A DNA stretch of 62,238 bases, taken from positions 1-62,238 of the IMG/VR virus record IMGVR_UViG_3300038300_000076; one strand, 5' to 3'. This DNA comes from a virus. Taxonomy: Duplodnaviria; Caudoviricetes. Below the pieces are notes generated by a model. The model worked only from the letters and a program-made list of their open reading frames with translations, made no database searches and was not told where the DNA came from. Below, piece after piece: positions 9,596 through 19,693 of this stretch. The first letter of the stretch is position 1. Each line of letters begins with the position of its first letter. The position numbers were made by a program, and so were the translations under genes.

Positions 9596-9944
9596 CTCCT
9601 TTCTTCCATATCAACAAACATCCTTCTCTCTTTCCAATCTTATCGCAATCTTCGCATAATGTCTTAATTAAACTATCAATAGACTCATTTCTAGGATGGA
9701 AATAAACCCTTATGGATCTAAACTTTGTCTTTATTTGAAGTATGTTGAACTCTTTTTTGTAGTCAGGATTTTCATTTAAATATTTTTCTATGCTATCTAA
9801 AAAAACCTTAGCCATGTCATAATACTCAATAGGAAGAGAATATTTATATCCATCATTGTCACTTAGAAAATCATATACTTTATCAAACTCATAAAACATA
9901 TCATCAAACATATCATCAATGTCATATATATACTTACTCATCAC
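9588..9944 (-). CDS. hypothetical protein (QIKTKF..R.Y; C-terminal EGCLLIWKK)
   Basis: ORF track. Confidence 0.7.
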   Translation of the reverse strand: MMSKYIYDIDDMFDDMFYEFDKVYDFLSDNDGYKYSLPIEYYDMAKVFLDSIEKYLNENPDYKKEFNILQIKTKFRSIRVYFHPRNESIDSLIKTLCEDCDKIGKREGCLLIWKKGDV

Positions 9945-10413
9945 CCTCTCTCACTTTTAAAACCTCTCTCAGAGCCATCAATAGCTTTCCTAGCATATTC
10001 TTACCCTCATTGCAATAAACTCCCCAATGAGTGTCTCTCCACCAGTTAGTCTCTTCCAAGTACATAGTGCCAGTATCAATAAGTTTCAACTTTATATCTT
10101 CGTTCTGTGTAAACTTATAAACTAAAGCCTCAAGCATTATACTATCTTTAACTTCTTCCCAGTCTTCCCTAACTTTAACGTTTCTTCCCCATTTCTTTAT
10201 CTCATTCAAAGGAAGGAAACGAGCTTCTTCCTGCTGCTTCTCGCTTTTTGACTTCATTGCCTGATAAAAGTGTTCCGAAGTAGGCCATATTCTTGCATCC
10301 TTATCGATGAAGCTTGCCTCATGGAAATTACTTAAATATCTATGATCTCTAAAAAAACCATAAACTGATTTTTCAGTCACAAGATAAACGCTGTCTACTT
10401 TTTCATCACTCAT
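9934..10413 (-). CDS. NADAR (YbiA) family protein
   Basis: LSNF, WPTSEHFYQAMK, REDWEEVK, KFTQN, WG...GKNMLGKLLM.LR. Confidence 0.92.
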   Translation of the reverse strand: MSDEKVDSVYLVTEKSVYGFFRDHRYLSNFHEASFIDKDARIWPTSEHFYQAMKSKSEKQQEEARFLPLNEIKKWGRNVKVREDWEEVKDSIMLEALVYKFTQNEDIKLKLIDTGTMYLEETNWWRDTHWGVYCNEGKNMLGKLLMALREVLKVREGDE

Positions 10414-10424
10414 ATTACTACCCT

Positions 10425-11015
10425 CTAATTATCAAAGAAAAAGACAAAGCGACCATTCTTTCCGTTGCCACCAGCTTTTTCTTTCAATTCAACTGCATGG
10501 TTATACATGTGTTCGAATTCATCTTTATCAAGATTCTCAATTATTTCATCCGCAGTCATGTAAGAATGTGAATGTCCATCAGAATCCATTCTGTCTGACT
10601 CATGCTGACACTCTTCTGAACAATTTGAAGGAAGACCCCTTGGATAATCTATTGGATCTCCATTTGATCCCCATCCCCCACGAACTCCAGCAAGAGAGAA
10701 AAATAAAGAATAATCACGACCAACATCCCAATCCATCAACCTAACATCAATCTCTGGCTCATCCTCATACCCAGAATCTCTATATTCTTTGGCAGAATCT
10801 TGAGCCATCTTAAGCCAATCAGTTTTTTCATCCCAAACAAACAGCCAACCTTCAGCTTTTCCTTTCCTTACAGCCTGATAATCATTGTACTCAAAAACCC
10901 AAGGAGATACTTCAAAATCACTCCCATAGTTCTTGTAATTGCTAGGAGCACAAATCTCCCACTCATTAATTCCTTCGTTGTACACTTCAGCATACAGATG
11001 TATGTCGCATCCCAT
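10425..11015 (-). CDS. conserved phage hypothetical protein
   Basis: MGCDIH...R.Y.LF..LAGVR...PRGLP...HSHS...RFVFFFDN. Confidence 0.8.
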   Translation of the reverse strand: MGCDIHLYAEVYNEGINEWEICAPSNYKNYGSDFEVSPWVFEYNDYQAVRKGKAEGWLFVWDEKTDWLKMAQDSAKEYRDSGYEDEPEIDVRLMDWDVGRDYSLFFSLAGVRGGWGSNGDPIDYPRGLPSNCSEECQHESDRMDSDGHSHSYMTADEIIENLDKDEFEHMYNHAVELKEKAGGNGKNGRFVFFFDN

Positions 11016-11042
11016 AAGTTTTTCTCCTTAAACAGCTTACGT

Positions 11043-12101
11043 CTATTTTACGTGTGTTTGTGATTCAATTATTGCACTGTTGGAAATCCTAACAGCCTTT
11101 ACCATCTTTCTAAACTTCTTCCAATTACTAGCTCCAGCATATCCCAAAGCCGATCTCATGTTGTTTTCAATTCCAACTACAAGTTCATCCGTATCCCCGC
11201 CATAGTGAATAAGCCCAGATACGCCTTCTACTGATGATTCCTTTAAAACTCCTTTCCTAGCAGCTACACTTGCCATTCCTCTGTATTCTTTGTACTTCGT
11301 GCTATCTTTAAACATAAAAGCACTTACATCATCATACTTACAAAGGAATTCTCTGTCCTTTCCGAAACATGACCCAGGTGCTAGAGATGTAGCTGCAAAC
11401 ATTTTCCCCAACATAACCAAATCAGCTCCAAAAGCAATAGCCTTTATTATATCACCATTACTCTTTATTCCACCATCTGCGATCAAAAGAGCTGTCTCCT
11501 TTACTTCAGCGCAATCCTGAACTGCTGTCAACAGAGGGACACCAAAGCCCGTATTAAGCCTTGTGGAGCAAATAGATCCAGAACCTATGCCAACTCTTAT
11601 TGCCCATGCTCCAGCGGCCTCTAAACGCACAAAACCGGATTTGGTAGCTACGTTTCCCGCTATGATCTTGGCCGTTGGCAAACTACTCTTAATATATTCG
11701 ACTGTATCAACACACTGCTTAGAATCTCCATGAGCCATATCAATAAGAAAATTAGACACGTTTGAACTAATTAGCCCATCTATCCAATCTTTATACTTAG
11801 AGACTGATCCTACCGAAAAGAATCTATATTTACTGGGCTCACCCCCGCTTATCCTGTCAAAATCATGCAAGGAAGCTTTCAACTGTTCTTTATATGAATT
11901 AAAATATCTATGAACTGCTGTAGGTATTTCCTTTTCAACTAAGTACTTATCCAACTCCTTTGAATACACTCTATCCATAGGAGAAGATATTATTGGCATG
12001 CCAAACTCGCCAGATGATATATCGCAAACACTCCTAGAAGGTAATTCAGAATACCTTGGAACTAACAATACATCATCACATGAAAAAGTTTCTCTCAGCA
12101 T
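11043..12101 (-). CDS. guaB: IMP dehydrogenase / GMP reductase family (no CBS domains)
   Basis: [33 protein letters not shown] (catalytic Cys), IADGGI, YRGMAS; GuaB vs GuaC cannot be resolved by eye. Confidence 0.85.
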   Translation of the reverse strand: MLRETFSCDDVLLVPRYSELPSRSVCDISSGEFGMPIISSPMDRVYSKELDKYLVEKEIPTAVHRYFNSYKEQLKASLHDFDRISGGEPSKYRFFSVGSVSKYKDWIDGLISSNVSNFLIDMAHGDSKQCVDTVEYIKSSLPTAKIIAGNVATKSGFVRLEAAGAWAIRVGIGSGSICSTRLNTGFGVPLLTAVQDCAEVKETALLIADGGIKSNGDIIKAIAFGADLVMLGKMFAATSLAPGSCFGKDREFLCKYDDVSAFMFKDSTKYKEYRGMASVAARKGVLKESSVEGVSGLIHYGGDTDELVVGIENNMRSALGYAGASNWKKFRKMVKAVRISNSAIIESQTHVK

Positions 12102-12120
12102 AATCTAGCCTCTTTATTTA

Positions 12121-12387
12121 TTATATTTTCAATCCATCAATAATTCCTTTTAGGAATATGATATTCAGATCAGCACATCCACCTTCTGCAAAGACAACTG
12201 GAACTTCTTTAATCCCAAGACTAATTGCCGCATAAAACCTATGCGCACCATCTAAAATGTAATTCTCGGCATTGATTACCAACGGAATTAAAATTCCTCT
12301 TTCACCTATGCTCTTGCAAATATGTTTAATATCTCTATATTCCATAGACTTTATTTTGCAATTTAAATCTTTCACTCTAATATTCAT
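12121..12387 (-). CDS. ParB/sulfiredoxin N-terminal-like protein
   Basis: SI...G...PLVI....ILDGAHR..AA..LG..EVPV; probable start MNIRV. Confidence 0.75.
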   Translation of the reverse strand: MNIRVKDLNCKIKSMEYRDIKHICKSIGERGILIPLVINAENYILDGAHRFYAAISLGIKEVPVVFAEGGCADLNIIFLKGIIDGLKI

Positions 12388-12394
12388 ACATCGC

Positions 12395-12607
12395 TCATAT
12401 AAATTTAGATACTTTAAGCTCACCCATGTGAGTAACTGCGGAAAGAAGACTTTCCATGCTTGCTCTTTCGTTCCACTTTCTAGAGCACTCATCTTTGTCA
12501 AAGTCTGCAGTTACAATATCACACTCTCGGCATGATATATAGTGTATTCCCTTTATATCAAATTCCCTTGGTGAATCGAAACATTTGAAGCAATTTCTTA
12601 CACTCAA
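12395..12607 (-). CDS. Lar (restriction alleviation)-like Zn finger protein
   Basis: CxxC...CxxC...WN.R pattern. Confidence 0.45.
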   Translation of the reverse strand: MSVRNCFKCFDSPREFDIKGIHYISCRECDIVTADFDKDECSRKWNERASMESLLSAVTHMGELKVSKFI

Positions 12608-12620
12608 AATGTATCTCCTT

Positions 12621-12983
12621 TTAACCTTTTGTTATCTCAAAACTAATCGTCTTGATCTTCCCTCTAGCACTATCTCTCAAAATATCATCTATGTTTGTTC
12701 CATTTGATGCTTTCAATCTCATTTCATCAAAAAGTTCATCATCAGTAATATCATCTTCTTCTATGCCATAGACGAAACATATTTTTTTACCTTCGACAAC
12801 CATTATGTCAGGTTCTTTAAACTGATATCTCTTACTGTCAATAGTCAATTCTATCGCATCAGTCATAACATTTCTACACACTTTCGTACACTTGCCATTT
12901 ATACTATGGCCTCCAAAATACTTTGTCAATTTTGTCTTTACAGTTTTTTCAAGCATTTCATATATTGCATATCTATTATTCAT
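12621..12983 (-). CDS. hypothetical protein
   Basis: ORF track; AAGGAG SD. Confidence 0.7.
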   Translation of the reverse strand: MNNRYAIYEMLEKTVKTKLTKYFGGHSINGKCTKVCRNVMTDAIELTIDSKRYQFKEPDIMVVEGKKICFVYGIEEDDITDDELFDEMRLKASNGTNIDDILRDSARGKIKTISFEITKG

Positions 12984-13990
12984 TCAACTTCACCATTCCC
13001 ACGCATACACAAATTTTTCATATAATGCCATTCTATTATATCTTCAACTGATTCCATTATACCAATACTTGGCTTCCATTTTAAATGTTTATTCGCTAAA
13101 TTATAACTAGCAACCAATTTAGATGGATCTCCATCTCTTCTTGGGCCTATCTTATATCTAACTTTCTTGCCAGAACATTTCTCTACAATCTTAATTAATT
13201 CTAAAATTGAATACCCCTTAGATGTTCCAAGATTAACCGTCTTATTGCATTCATTTGAATTAAACAAAATTCTCTCAAGTGCTGCCACATGAGCATCCAC
13301 CAGATCCAATACATTTATGTAATCCCTTACACATGTTCCATCCTCAGTATTAAAGTTATCACCATTCACAGTAAACTCTTTATCATTTAATGCACAGTCT
13401 ATCAATATTGGCAAAACATGCGGCTCTGGGTTATGATGCTCACCTATATTATAACTCTTATCATTACCACATACATTGAAATATCTAAATATGTAATAAT
13501 TCACATCACAGTCTTTAATATAATCTTCACACATTATCTTTGAACTTGCATAAGGATTTATTGGATTAATCTGATGTTTTTCATCAATAGGTAAGTACTC
13601 AGGATTTCCATATGATGAGCATGTAGAAGAGAATATAATATTTTCAACATTGGCTTCCTTCATTGAACTCAAAATTCCTAAAGTTGCGCCGCAGTTGTTT
13701 TTATAATACATAAGAGGCTTTTCCAAAGACTCCCCAACATATGCATAAGCAGCTAAATGTATTACAGCCTTTACATTGTTGGAACTTAAAACTCCTCCTA
13801 AAAAGTAATTCCCCAAACCAATATCTGTTTTTATGAACTTTGCTCTTTTATCAACAGACCACCTGTTTCCACGAGACAAATTATCTACCACAACTACACG
13901 GTATCCCAAATTACACAATTTCCTTACAACATGAGATCCTATGTATCCTGCTCCTCCTGTAACCAATATGCTGGAATCTTCTATTTTCAA
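12980..13990 (-). CDS. galE: UDP-glucose 4-epimerase
   Basis: TGGAGYIGSH, HLAA..VGES, YxxxK (YASSK), RYFN, DGTCVRDY, RRDGDP. Confidence 0.92.
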   Translation of the reverse strand: MKIEDSSILVTGGAGYIGSHVVRKLCNLGYRVVVVDNLSRGNRWSVDKRAKFIKTDIGLGNYFLGGVLSSNNVKAVIHLAAYAYVGESLEKPLMYYKNNCGATLGILSSMKEANVENIIFSSTCSSYGNPEYLPIDEKHQINPINPYASSKIMCEDYIKDCDVNYYIFRYFNVCGNDKSYNIGEHHNPEPHVLPILIDCALNDKEFTVNGDNFNTEDGTCVRDYINVLDLVDAHVAALERILFNSNECNKTVNLGTSKGYSILELIKIVEKCSGKKVRYKIGPRRDGDPSKLVASYNLANKHLKWKPSIGIMESVEDIIEWHYMKNLCMRGNGEVE

Positions 13991-14007
13991 AACATTATGC
14001 CCATCTA

Positions 14008-15153
14008 TTAATTTATATCTTTTACAATAAAGACTTTCTTAGCAGCTCTTGTTATTGCTGTATATAACCATCTCTTGCTGTGCTCTCTAAAAGCATAAGC
14101 CTCATTTAGCACAACTACTTTGTCCCATTCAGATCCTTGACTCTTGTGACAAGTTATAGCATAACCATAATCAATCTGAGCATATCCTTTGTGAGCATAG
14201 TCATTTCCAAACTTAGCCGGAAAAGCTTTTATCAACCTACTATCATACTGACTGTATTTCAAGCCAAGTTTAAGTTTATGTTTATGGAAAACATGAGGCT
14301 CGGCAACTATTAACTTTTCTTCTTTCTTTCCAAACAATGGGCCAGCTGCCTTGCAATTAGCCGTAACTCCCATGTATTTATTCAATACGATAAATTGTTG
14401 ACCATTGTAGACACCGAAATCTCTATTGTTGCAATTTACTATTATCTTTTCGCCAAGCTCTAATTCTTTTTTATAGCCATGAAATTCTCTATACAATTCA
14501 TTAATGGAAGACCTTGTGGCATTTCTTCCACATATGATCTGATCAGCTTTAATCATAAACTCTACGCCTATGCTATCTTTTACAACGGCATCCTTCTTAA
14601 CGCCATACTTTCCATTTTTTAACTTGTTTCCCTTCCTTGCCTCTAATGCCAAATCGACTATTCCAGAATCCTTGTCCTGTCTGTGTATCTCTGTCAACTT
14701 CCCATCTAACTCTTCTTCTGCCATTAGATTAAACTCTGACTTTACAGGTGGCAATTGGCCATGGTCTCCAACATAAAGAATCTTAACTCTTTCCTTCGAG
14801 AGGTCATTGTATATCTCTTCAGACACCATGGATGCTTCATCTATAATAACCAACTTTATACTTAAATCTATCCCTCTTTTTTCAAATCCAACGAGAACCT
14901 CATTCTCTATAAGAGGTTTATACATAAGACTGTGAATAGTTACAGCATCATCCACTCCCTTTCTTCTCATTACATCCGCAGCCTTTCCAGTATACGCAGC
15001 ATATTCTATAGCACTTAGAGGAATTCCCAAAGCCTTATGAACTTCTTTAATCAATGTTGTTTTGCCAGTTCCGGCTAAACCCCCGACTTTCCAAAGATCA
15101 CTGCCTTTTTCATCCTCGTACCACATCTTGATTGCCTTTAACATGTCTTTCAT
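14008..15153 (-). CDS. SF1B helicase, RecD/Dda-like
   Basis: GLAGTGKT, TGKAA, TIHS, DEASM, GDHGQL, HRQ, HKSQGSE, YTAITRA. Confidence 0.9.
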   Translation of the reverse strand: MKDMLKAIKMWYEDEKGSDLWKVGGLAGTGKTTLIKEVHKALGIPLSAIEYAAYTGKAADVMRRKGVDDAVTIHSLMYKPLIENEVLVGFEKRGIDLSIKLVIIDEASMVSEEIYNDLSKERVKILYVGDHGQLPPVKSEFNLMAEEELDGKLTEIHRQDKDSGIVDLALEARKGNKLKNGKYGVKKDAVVKDSIGVEFMIKADQIICGRNATRSSINELYREFHGYKKELELGEKIIVNCNNRDFGVYNGQQFIVLNKYMGVTANCKAAGPLFGKKEEKLIVAEPHVFHKHKLKLGLKYSQYDSRLIKAFPAKFGNDYAHKGYAQIDYGYAITCHKSQGSEWDKVVVLNEAYAFREHSKRWLYTAITRAAKKVFIVKDIN

Positions 15154-15325
15154 AAAATCATTTAATCCTATAAATAAGAAGAGTAATACAGACTATAAAA
15201 AGAATTATACTGTATGGATTTGGAGCGAATAGAGAACCAACAAAAGACCCTAAGCAAACGGCATTCAACTGACTGCCATTCATCCAGCCCAATAAACTTT
15301 CAAATAAGTACTTCATTGCTTCTCC

Positions 15326-16147
15326 TTAGTCCATGAATTTTTCTTTTAAAATAAAGATCTTCCTTTCAGCATCATTTTGAATCTGCCTAACTCTCTCTCT
15401 TGTTTTTCCAACTACATCCGATACTTCCCTAAGAGTCATTCTTGGCAGTTTTGTCAAACCATATCTCAACTCCAATACTCGCTTCTCTCTTGGCAGAAGT
15501 GTGTCTATAACATCGTAAAGAAGATCAATCTTCTCTTCTTCTTTTAACCTGTCAACAATTGAGACATAACCATCATCTGGTATTATTTGCTCCAAGGTAG
15601 AATCTTCAATTGGAGTGCTGATTGATATTGTATCCTTATATGCTGAAAGCATTAGATTGTTAACCGAATGCAAAGATAATCCTGTCAGCTTTGCCAATTC
15701 TTCATTGGAAGGATCTCTATCATTCTTTTCTTTAAATTCATTTTTGGCTTTTCTTATCTTAAAAAGCTGAATTCCAGCTTGACATGGTATCTTAATATTA
15801 CGATTATGTAAAGACAAAGACTTTCTAATAGCTTGCTTGATCCACCATGAGGCATAAGAGCTAAATTTAGCTCCTTTGTCGGGCCTAAACCTTTCAACTG
15901 CTTTCATAAGTCCCATATTGCCTTCTTCTATAAGATCCATAACAGGGACGCCTAGATTTCTATAATCATGAGCTATCTTAACTACCAATCTTAGATTTGA
16001 CAGTATGAACTTTTCACGAGCCTCTTCATTTCCATTTTCAATCTCTTTGGAGAGAAATGCTTCTTCTTCCGAAGTCAAAAGGCCATATTCTTCTATATCC
16101 TTTATGTAAATGGTCATCAGCTGTGATGGATTATCACCGGATTCCAT
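15326..16147 (-). CDS. RNA polymerase sigma factor, sigma70 family (RpoD/RpoS-like, no region 1.1)
   Basis: SNLRLVVKIA, DLIEEGNMGL, KFSSYASWWIKQAI, TRERVRQIQ. Confidence 0.93.
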   Translation of the reverse strand: MESGDNPSQLMTIYIKDIEEYGLLTSEEEAFLSKEIENGNEEAREKFILSNLRLVVKIAHDYRNLGVPVMDLIEEGNMGLMKAVERFRPDKGAKFSSYASWWIKQAIRKSLSLHNRNIKIPCQAGIQLFKIRKAKNEFKEKNDRDPSNEELAKLTGLSLHSVNNLMLSAYKDTISISTPIEDSTLEQIIPDDGYVSIVDRLKEEEKIDLLYDVIDTLLPREKRVLELRYGLTKLPRMTLREVSDVVGKTRERVRQIQNDAERKIFILKEKFMD

Positions 16148-16413
16148 ATTCTTCTCCTTTTTGCTTTTTATTATTTTATGATATACATTAGTATACCATT
16201 TAAAAATTCAATTATTATTAAATACCTTTAAATAAAGTTACTTTCGTTTGTCAATCTTTAATTTAACATATAAAACTGACACTGCAATCAAGATAAAAGG
16301 CAATATTAGTATGAAGATAATACTCCGATAAAACGAAAGTCTCATATCTCTTGACAACACTATTCCCAATGACAACCAAACTATAATTAAATATGTAATA
16401 AAAATAAACATCT

Positions 16414-17142
16414 TTATTCAGTTGAAACTTCAATCCTAAATCTAGAACTACTCAACACTTGTTTTACGCCAAACTTGTCGTATACTTTTAAGAACTCGGA
16501 ACTTGTACTTCCATCAACAATATAAGAAACATTCAAATCAAACTCCTCCTCATATCCTGAATTATCCAGACACACCGCATCCCACACATAGTCATTGTTT
16601 AGAATTATATCCACATAACAGTTGAAAACGCAAGATGAGTGGTCTTCTACTTTATAATTTTCATTTTTTAGTGCTTGGACTGATGCTGCATACATCTCAT
16701 TGTCAATACCTTTATCCTTCCCAAAAGCCTTATGTATGTCTTCCAACCTCGAAATCTCGTGATTGTCAAAAAAATAATAATCCTCATCACAAGAAGATAC
16801 TTTCCATCCTCTTGAAAGCTCGTCGCCTATTCTTGATCTTATCTTAAAATTAGACATATTGGAATCTTTTAATCTTGAGAATCCCATGTGCATGAAGTAT
16901 GCTTCCGCTCTTATTGAAAAAGAATTAGCACTTTCCAAAGAATCAACAATAAACTTTTCATCATACATTACCTGAAGAGATTGAAAGTTTATTTTCTCAT
17001 ATTTTATATAAACTGCAAATCCCGTTAACTTCTTTACGATTGAAATTAAGATGCAATTAACAGTATAAGATGTTTCGTCTGAAACAAGTATTCTGTTAAA
17101 ATCAATCTTCAACTTCTTCGCGTTCAATTTTGAATCTTTCAT
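16414..17142 (-). CDS. hypothetical protein, C-terminal domain paralogous to upstream gene
   Basis: AVCLDN.G.E..FD..V.Y...KV.DK.G...RF.IE shared with 17102-18037. Confidence 0.7.
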   Translation of the reverse strand: MKDSKLNAKKLKIDFNRILVSDETSYTVNCILISIVKKLTGFAVYIKYEKINFQSLQVMYDEKFIVDSLESANSFSIRAEAYFMHMGFSRLKDSNMSNFKIRSRIGDELSRGWKVSSCDEDYYFFDNHEISRLEDIHKAFGKDKGIDNEMYAASVQALKNENYKVEDHSSCVFNCYVDIILNNDYVWDAVCLDNSGYEEEFDLNVSYIVDGSTSSEFLKVYDKFGVKQVLSSSRFRIEVSTE

Positions 17143-18037
17143 TGTTACACTCTATTGTATTTCCAACTTTGTCAAAAACCTTTATTAACTCAAGGCCTTT
17201 TGTATTTTCTTCGAAACAGTAGCCAACACCAACGTCAAACTTATCCTCCATTCCAATATTATCTAAGCACACTGCTACTTCAAATATCTCCTCCTGTGCA
17301 ACTTTTGAGTTTGGGAGAAACTTTTCAACCAGATCTAAATGTAAAGATTTATCTTGAACGTCATCAATGCCATTTTTGAGCCTATTCATCAACTCTTCTA
17401 TTGCACTTTCTTTCAATTCAATACTTCCACGCTCGATGATTGCTTTTATTCTTATACTGTTTTCAAAATTATCTACTTCATCTTCACCATCTAAAGAGTT
17501 CACAACTAGAAACGAATGGCCAAATCTCAGTATTGACTTGGCAACAGCAATCTTTCTATCTGCTTTTTCTTCGCCTTTCATGGCAGACGCAAGTTTTAAG
17601 CCTTCGTTGTAAGCATCTTCTGGAGTTTCATCCTCAAAATTACACTCAATGTTTTCAATTATCTGTGACATCGGAGCTGCTAATATTTCTGCATTAGTCA
17701 TATTATCAATGTTAACCTTTTTTACTGTAGATTCTACCTGACTACCTTCTTCGAAACTTAAATATTCGTCATAAGGGAAAAACAATGGGAGGCTATTGGT
17801 TATATCTCTATAATCCTTTCTCCTCTTGGTTTCTGCAATTGCAAGCATCTCTTTCTCAGCTCCAGAGAAAGAACCAAATGATCCTTTCTTTGTTGTTTGC
17901 AGTTTTGCGGTTCCATATGCGCCATAGTAACCTGTAAGCTCATACTTTTGATGCCTGTTGTAGGTTATACTTAAAATATAAATCTTATTAGAGTTATATT
18001 CCTTGTGATGTAATATTTTTGATGTTGTATTTTTCAT
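17102..18037 (-). CDS. WGR-domain-like protein
   Basis: N-terminal SNKIY...YYGAYG...Q......A.KE......KRRKDY. Confidence 0.65.
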   Translation of the reverse strand: MKNTTSKILHHKEYNSNKIYILSITYNRHQKYELTGYYGAYGTAKLQTTKKGSFGSFSGAEKEMLAIAETKRRKDYRDITNSLPLFFPYDEYLSFEEGSQVESTVKKVNIDNMTNAEILAAPMSQIIENIECNFEDETPEDAYNEGLKLASAMKGEEKADRKIAVAKSILRFGHSFLVVNSLDGEDEVDNFENSIRIKAIIERGSIELKESAIEELMNRLKNGIDDVQDKSLHLDLVEKFLPNSKVAQEEIFEVAVCLDNIGMEDKFDVGVGYCFEENTKGLELIKVFDKVGNTIECNNERFKIEREEVED

Positions 18038-18068
18038 AATTTCAATATAGTTTATATTTTAAATATTT

Positions 18069-18242
18069 CTACTCGATTAAATCTTTTTTATAGATAAAAA
18101 GTTCTCCGTTCGATAGAACTGGAATCTCATAGGCCAAATGATCTCCTTCATACATAACCCACATAAACGTGGACTCTGTCCAATTCATCTGTTGGCCCCA
18201 AGGCCACCAATCCCAAGCTTGATTCACAGTTCTACCGCTCAT
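18069..18242 (-). CDS. small Trp-rich hypothetical protein, 57 aa (C-terminal NGELFIYKKD)
   Basis: Manual translation MSGRTVNQAWDWWPWGQQ...LIE. Confidence 0.6.
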   Translation of the reverse strand: MSGRTVNQAWDWWPWGQQMNWTESTFMWVMYEGDHLAYEIPVLSNGELFIYKKDLIE

Positions 18243-18247
18243 TCAAA

Positions 18248-18853
18248 CTATTTCCACTTATTCGGAGCTGCTTCCATGACTTCATCCGCAAGGCCATAAT
18301 CAACTGCTTCCTGTGCAGACATCCACTTGTCACGATCAGAATCTTTTTGAAGTTCTTCTTTTTCCTTACCGCAATGCAAAGCCATTTTTGTATACAGGTA
18401 TTCATTAAGATATTTGGAATTTGCCATTGCTACTTCCATATCTACAATTGTTCCTTGCGTTCCAGAAGATACTTGATGCATCATGATTCTTGTTGAGGGA
18501 AGAATGCATCTCAGGCCTTTACTCCCTGCGGACAATAAGAAACATCCCATTGAAGCACACATACCAAGACCAACCGTTCTAACAGGAGACTTCAATTGAT
18601 TCATTGTATCATAAATTGCCAGTCCTGCAGTCACAGATCCACCGGGTGAGTTTACATAAATTGTAATTTCTTCCTCTGAGATGGCGTCAAGATAAAGCAA
18701 TTGTGATATAACAAGAGAACTTGTTCTTTCATTAAAGTCTTCATCTAAGTAAACTATTCTGTCTTTCAGCAATCTTGAATAGATATCATAGCTCATGTGA
18801 CCGTCTGATGTCTTTTCTCTTACTGAAAGAGGGTGCATTGATTTTTCATTCAT
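18248..18853 (-). CDS. clpP: ATP-dependent Clp protease proteolytic subunit
   Basis: YDIYSRLLKDRI, NSPGGSV, CASMG (Ser), RIMMHQ (His), DRD (Asp). Confidence 0.97.
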   Translation of the reverse strand: MNEKSMHPLSVREKTSDGHMSYDIYSRLLKDRIVYLDEDFNERTSSLVISQLLYLDAISEEEITIYVNSPGGSVTAGLAIYDTMNQLKSPVRTVGLGMCASMGCFLLSAGSKGLRCILPSTRIMMHQVSSGTQGTIVDMEVAMANSKYLNEYLYTKMALHCGKEKEELQKDSDRDKWMSAQEAVDYGLADEVMEAAPNKWK

Positions 18854-18902
18854 TTATTATTTTCCTTTTTATATTGTCCAGATACATTTCTATCTGTTTG
18901 TT

Positions 18903-19178
18903 TTACTTCTTCTTACGCCAACCTTTATAATCTTCTTCTTGAATATTCCAATGATCTTGCTTCCATCTTGTTCTCGTCTTCCTTATGACAACTCTATCAT
19001 AGTAATTTTCAAGTATGCTCTCTATCAACGATGCATCTGAGACATTTTTGGCAATTCCAACTATTCCTCTGTTGTTTGCATACTTTGACTCTACATCTCC
19101 ATAAATTAAATACAAGCCGTTTCTTTCAATAAGATCTATATTTGTTATAATCACATTGAACAGATTGCAATAGTCCAT
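18903..19178 (-). CDS. hypothetical protein
   Basis: ORF track; AAGGAG SD. Confidence 0.65.
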   Translation of the reverse strand: MDYCNLFNVIITNIDLIERNGLYLIYGDVESKYANNRGIVGIAKNVSDASLIESILENYYDRVVIRKTRTRWKQDHWNIQEEDYKGWRKKK

Positions 19179-19232
19179 TCTTCATTCTCCTTTAAAATCT
19201 AATATAAAGCGTAATCTATTTTTTTCCACTCC

Positions 19233-19268
19233 AAAAAAAAAGTTCTGCGAAATAATCACAGAACTTTT
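19233..19268 (-). terminator. intrinsic terminator
   Basis: AGTTCTG/CAGAACT stem plus T-run on the minus strand. Confidence 0.6.
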
Positions 19269-19287
19269 ACCAAATCTATATTTCCTT

Positions 19288-19533
19288 TCAATATCTCATT
19301 CTTCTCGATATGGTTTGATATATGTCTGAAACAGTTAATGCTTTTTCCAATTCTCGCTCATTCAATTTATATTCCTCAAATTCAAATAACAATTGGCCCA
19401 TTAATCTATCTGATTTCTTCCTATCATCGCAGCCTATTTCCAATAGCTTATCTCTAAAATCAATATCGCGAGGCCTTTTGTCAACTATATAGCCTATTAT
19501 GTTTTTTAGTTTTGCTTCCAGTATATCAACCAT
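19288..19533 (-). CDS. acyl-carrier-protein-like protein lacking the phosphopantetheine Ser
   Basis: 81 aa from MVDIL; LKNII...L.EIG.D...L.EFE..L.E.E.EK..TV.DI resembles ACP; GCDD in place of GADS. Confidence 0.55.
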   Translation of the reverse strand: MVDILEAKLKNIIGYIVDKRPRDIDFRDKLLEIGCDDRKKSDRLMGQLLFEFEEYKLNERELEKALTVSDIYQTISRRMRY

Positions 19534-19693
19534 CTTGTACCTTCTTATATTATTGTTAAATAACCTTAATAATATCACTTTGCAGTGTAAGTAGTAAGTA
19601 CTCTCAAATCCTCCCAGATTTGATTTACATGTATATCTTCGCAATTCTCATAAAAGCGCCTTAAACGCTGTCTATATTTTATTATATGGTGAT

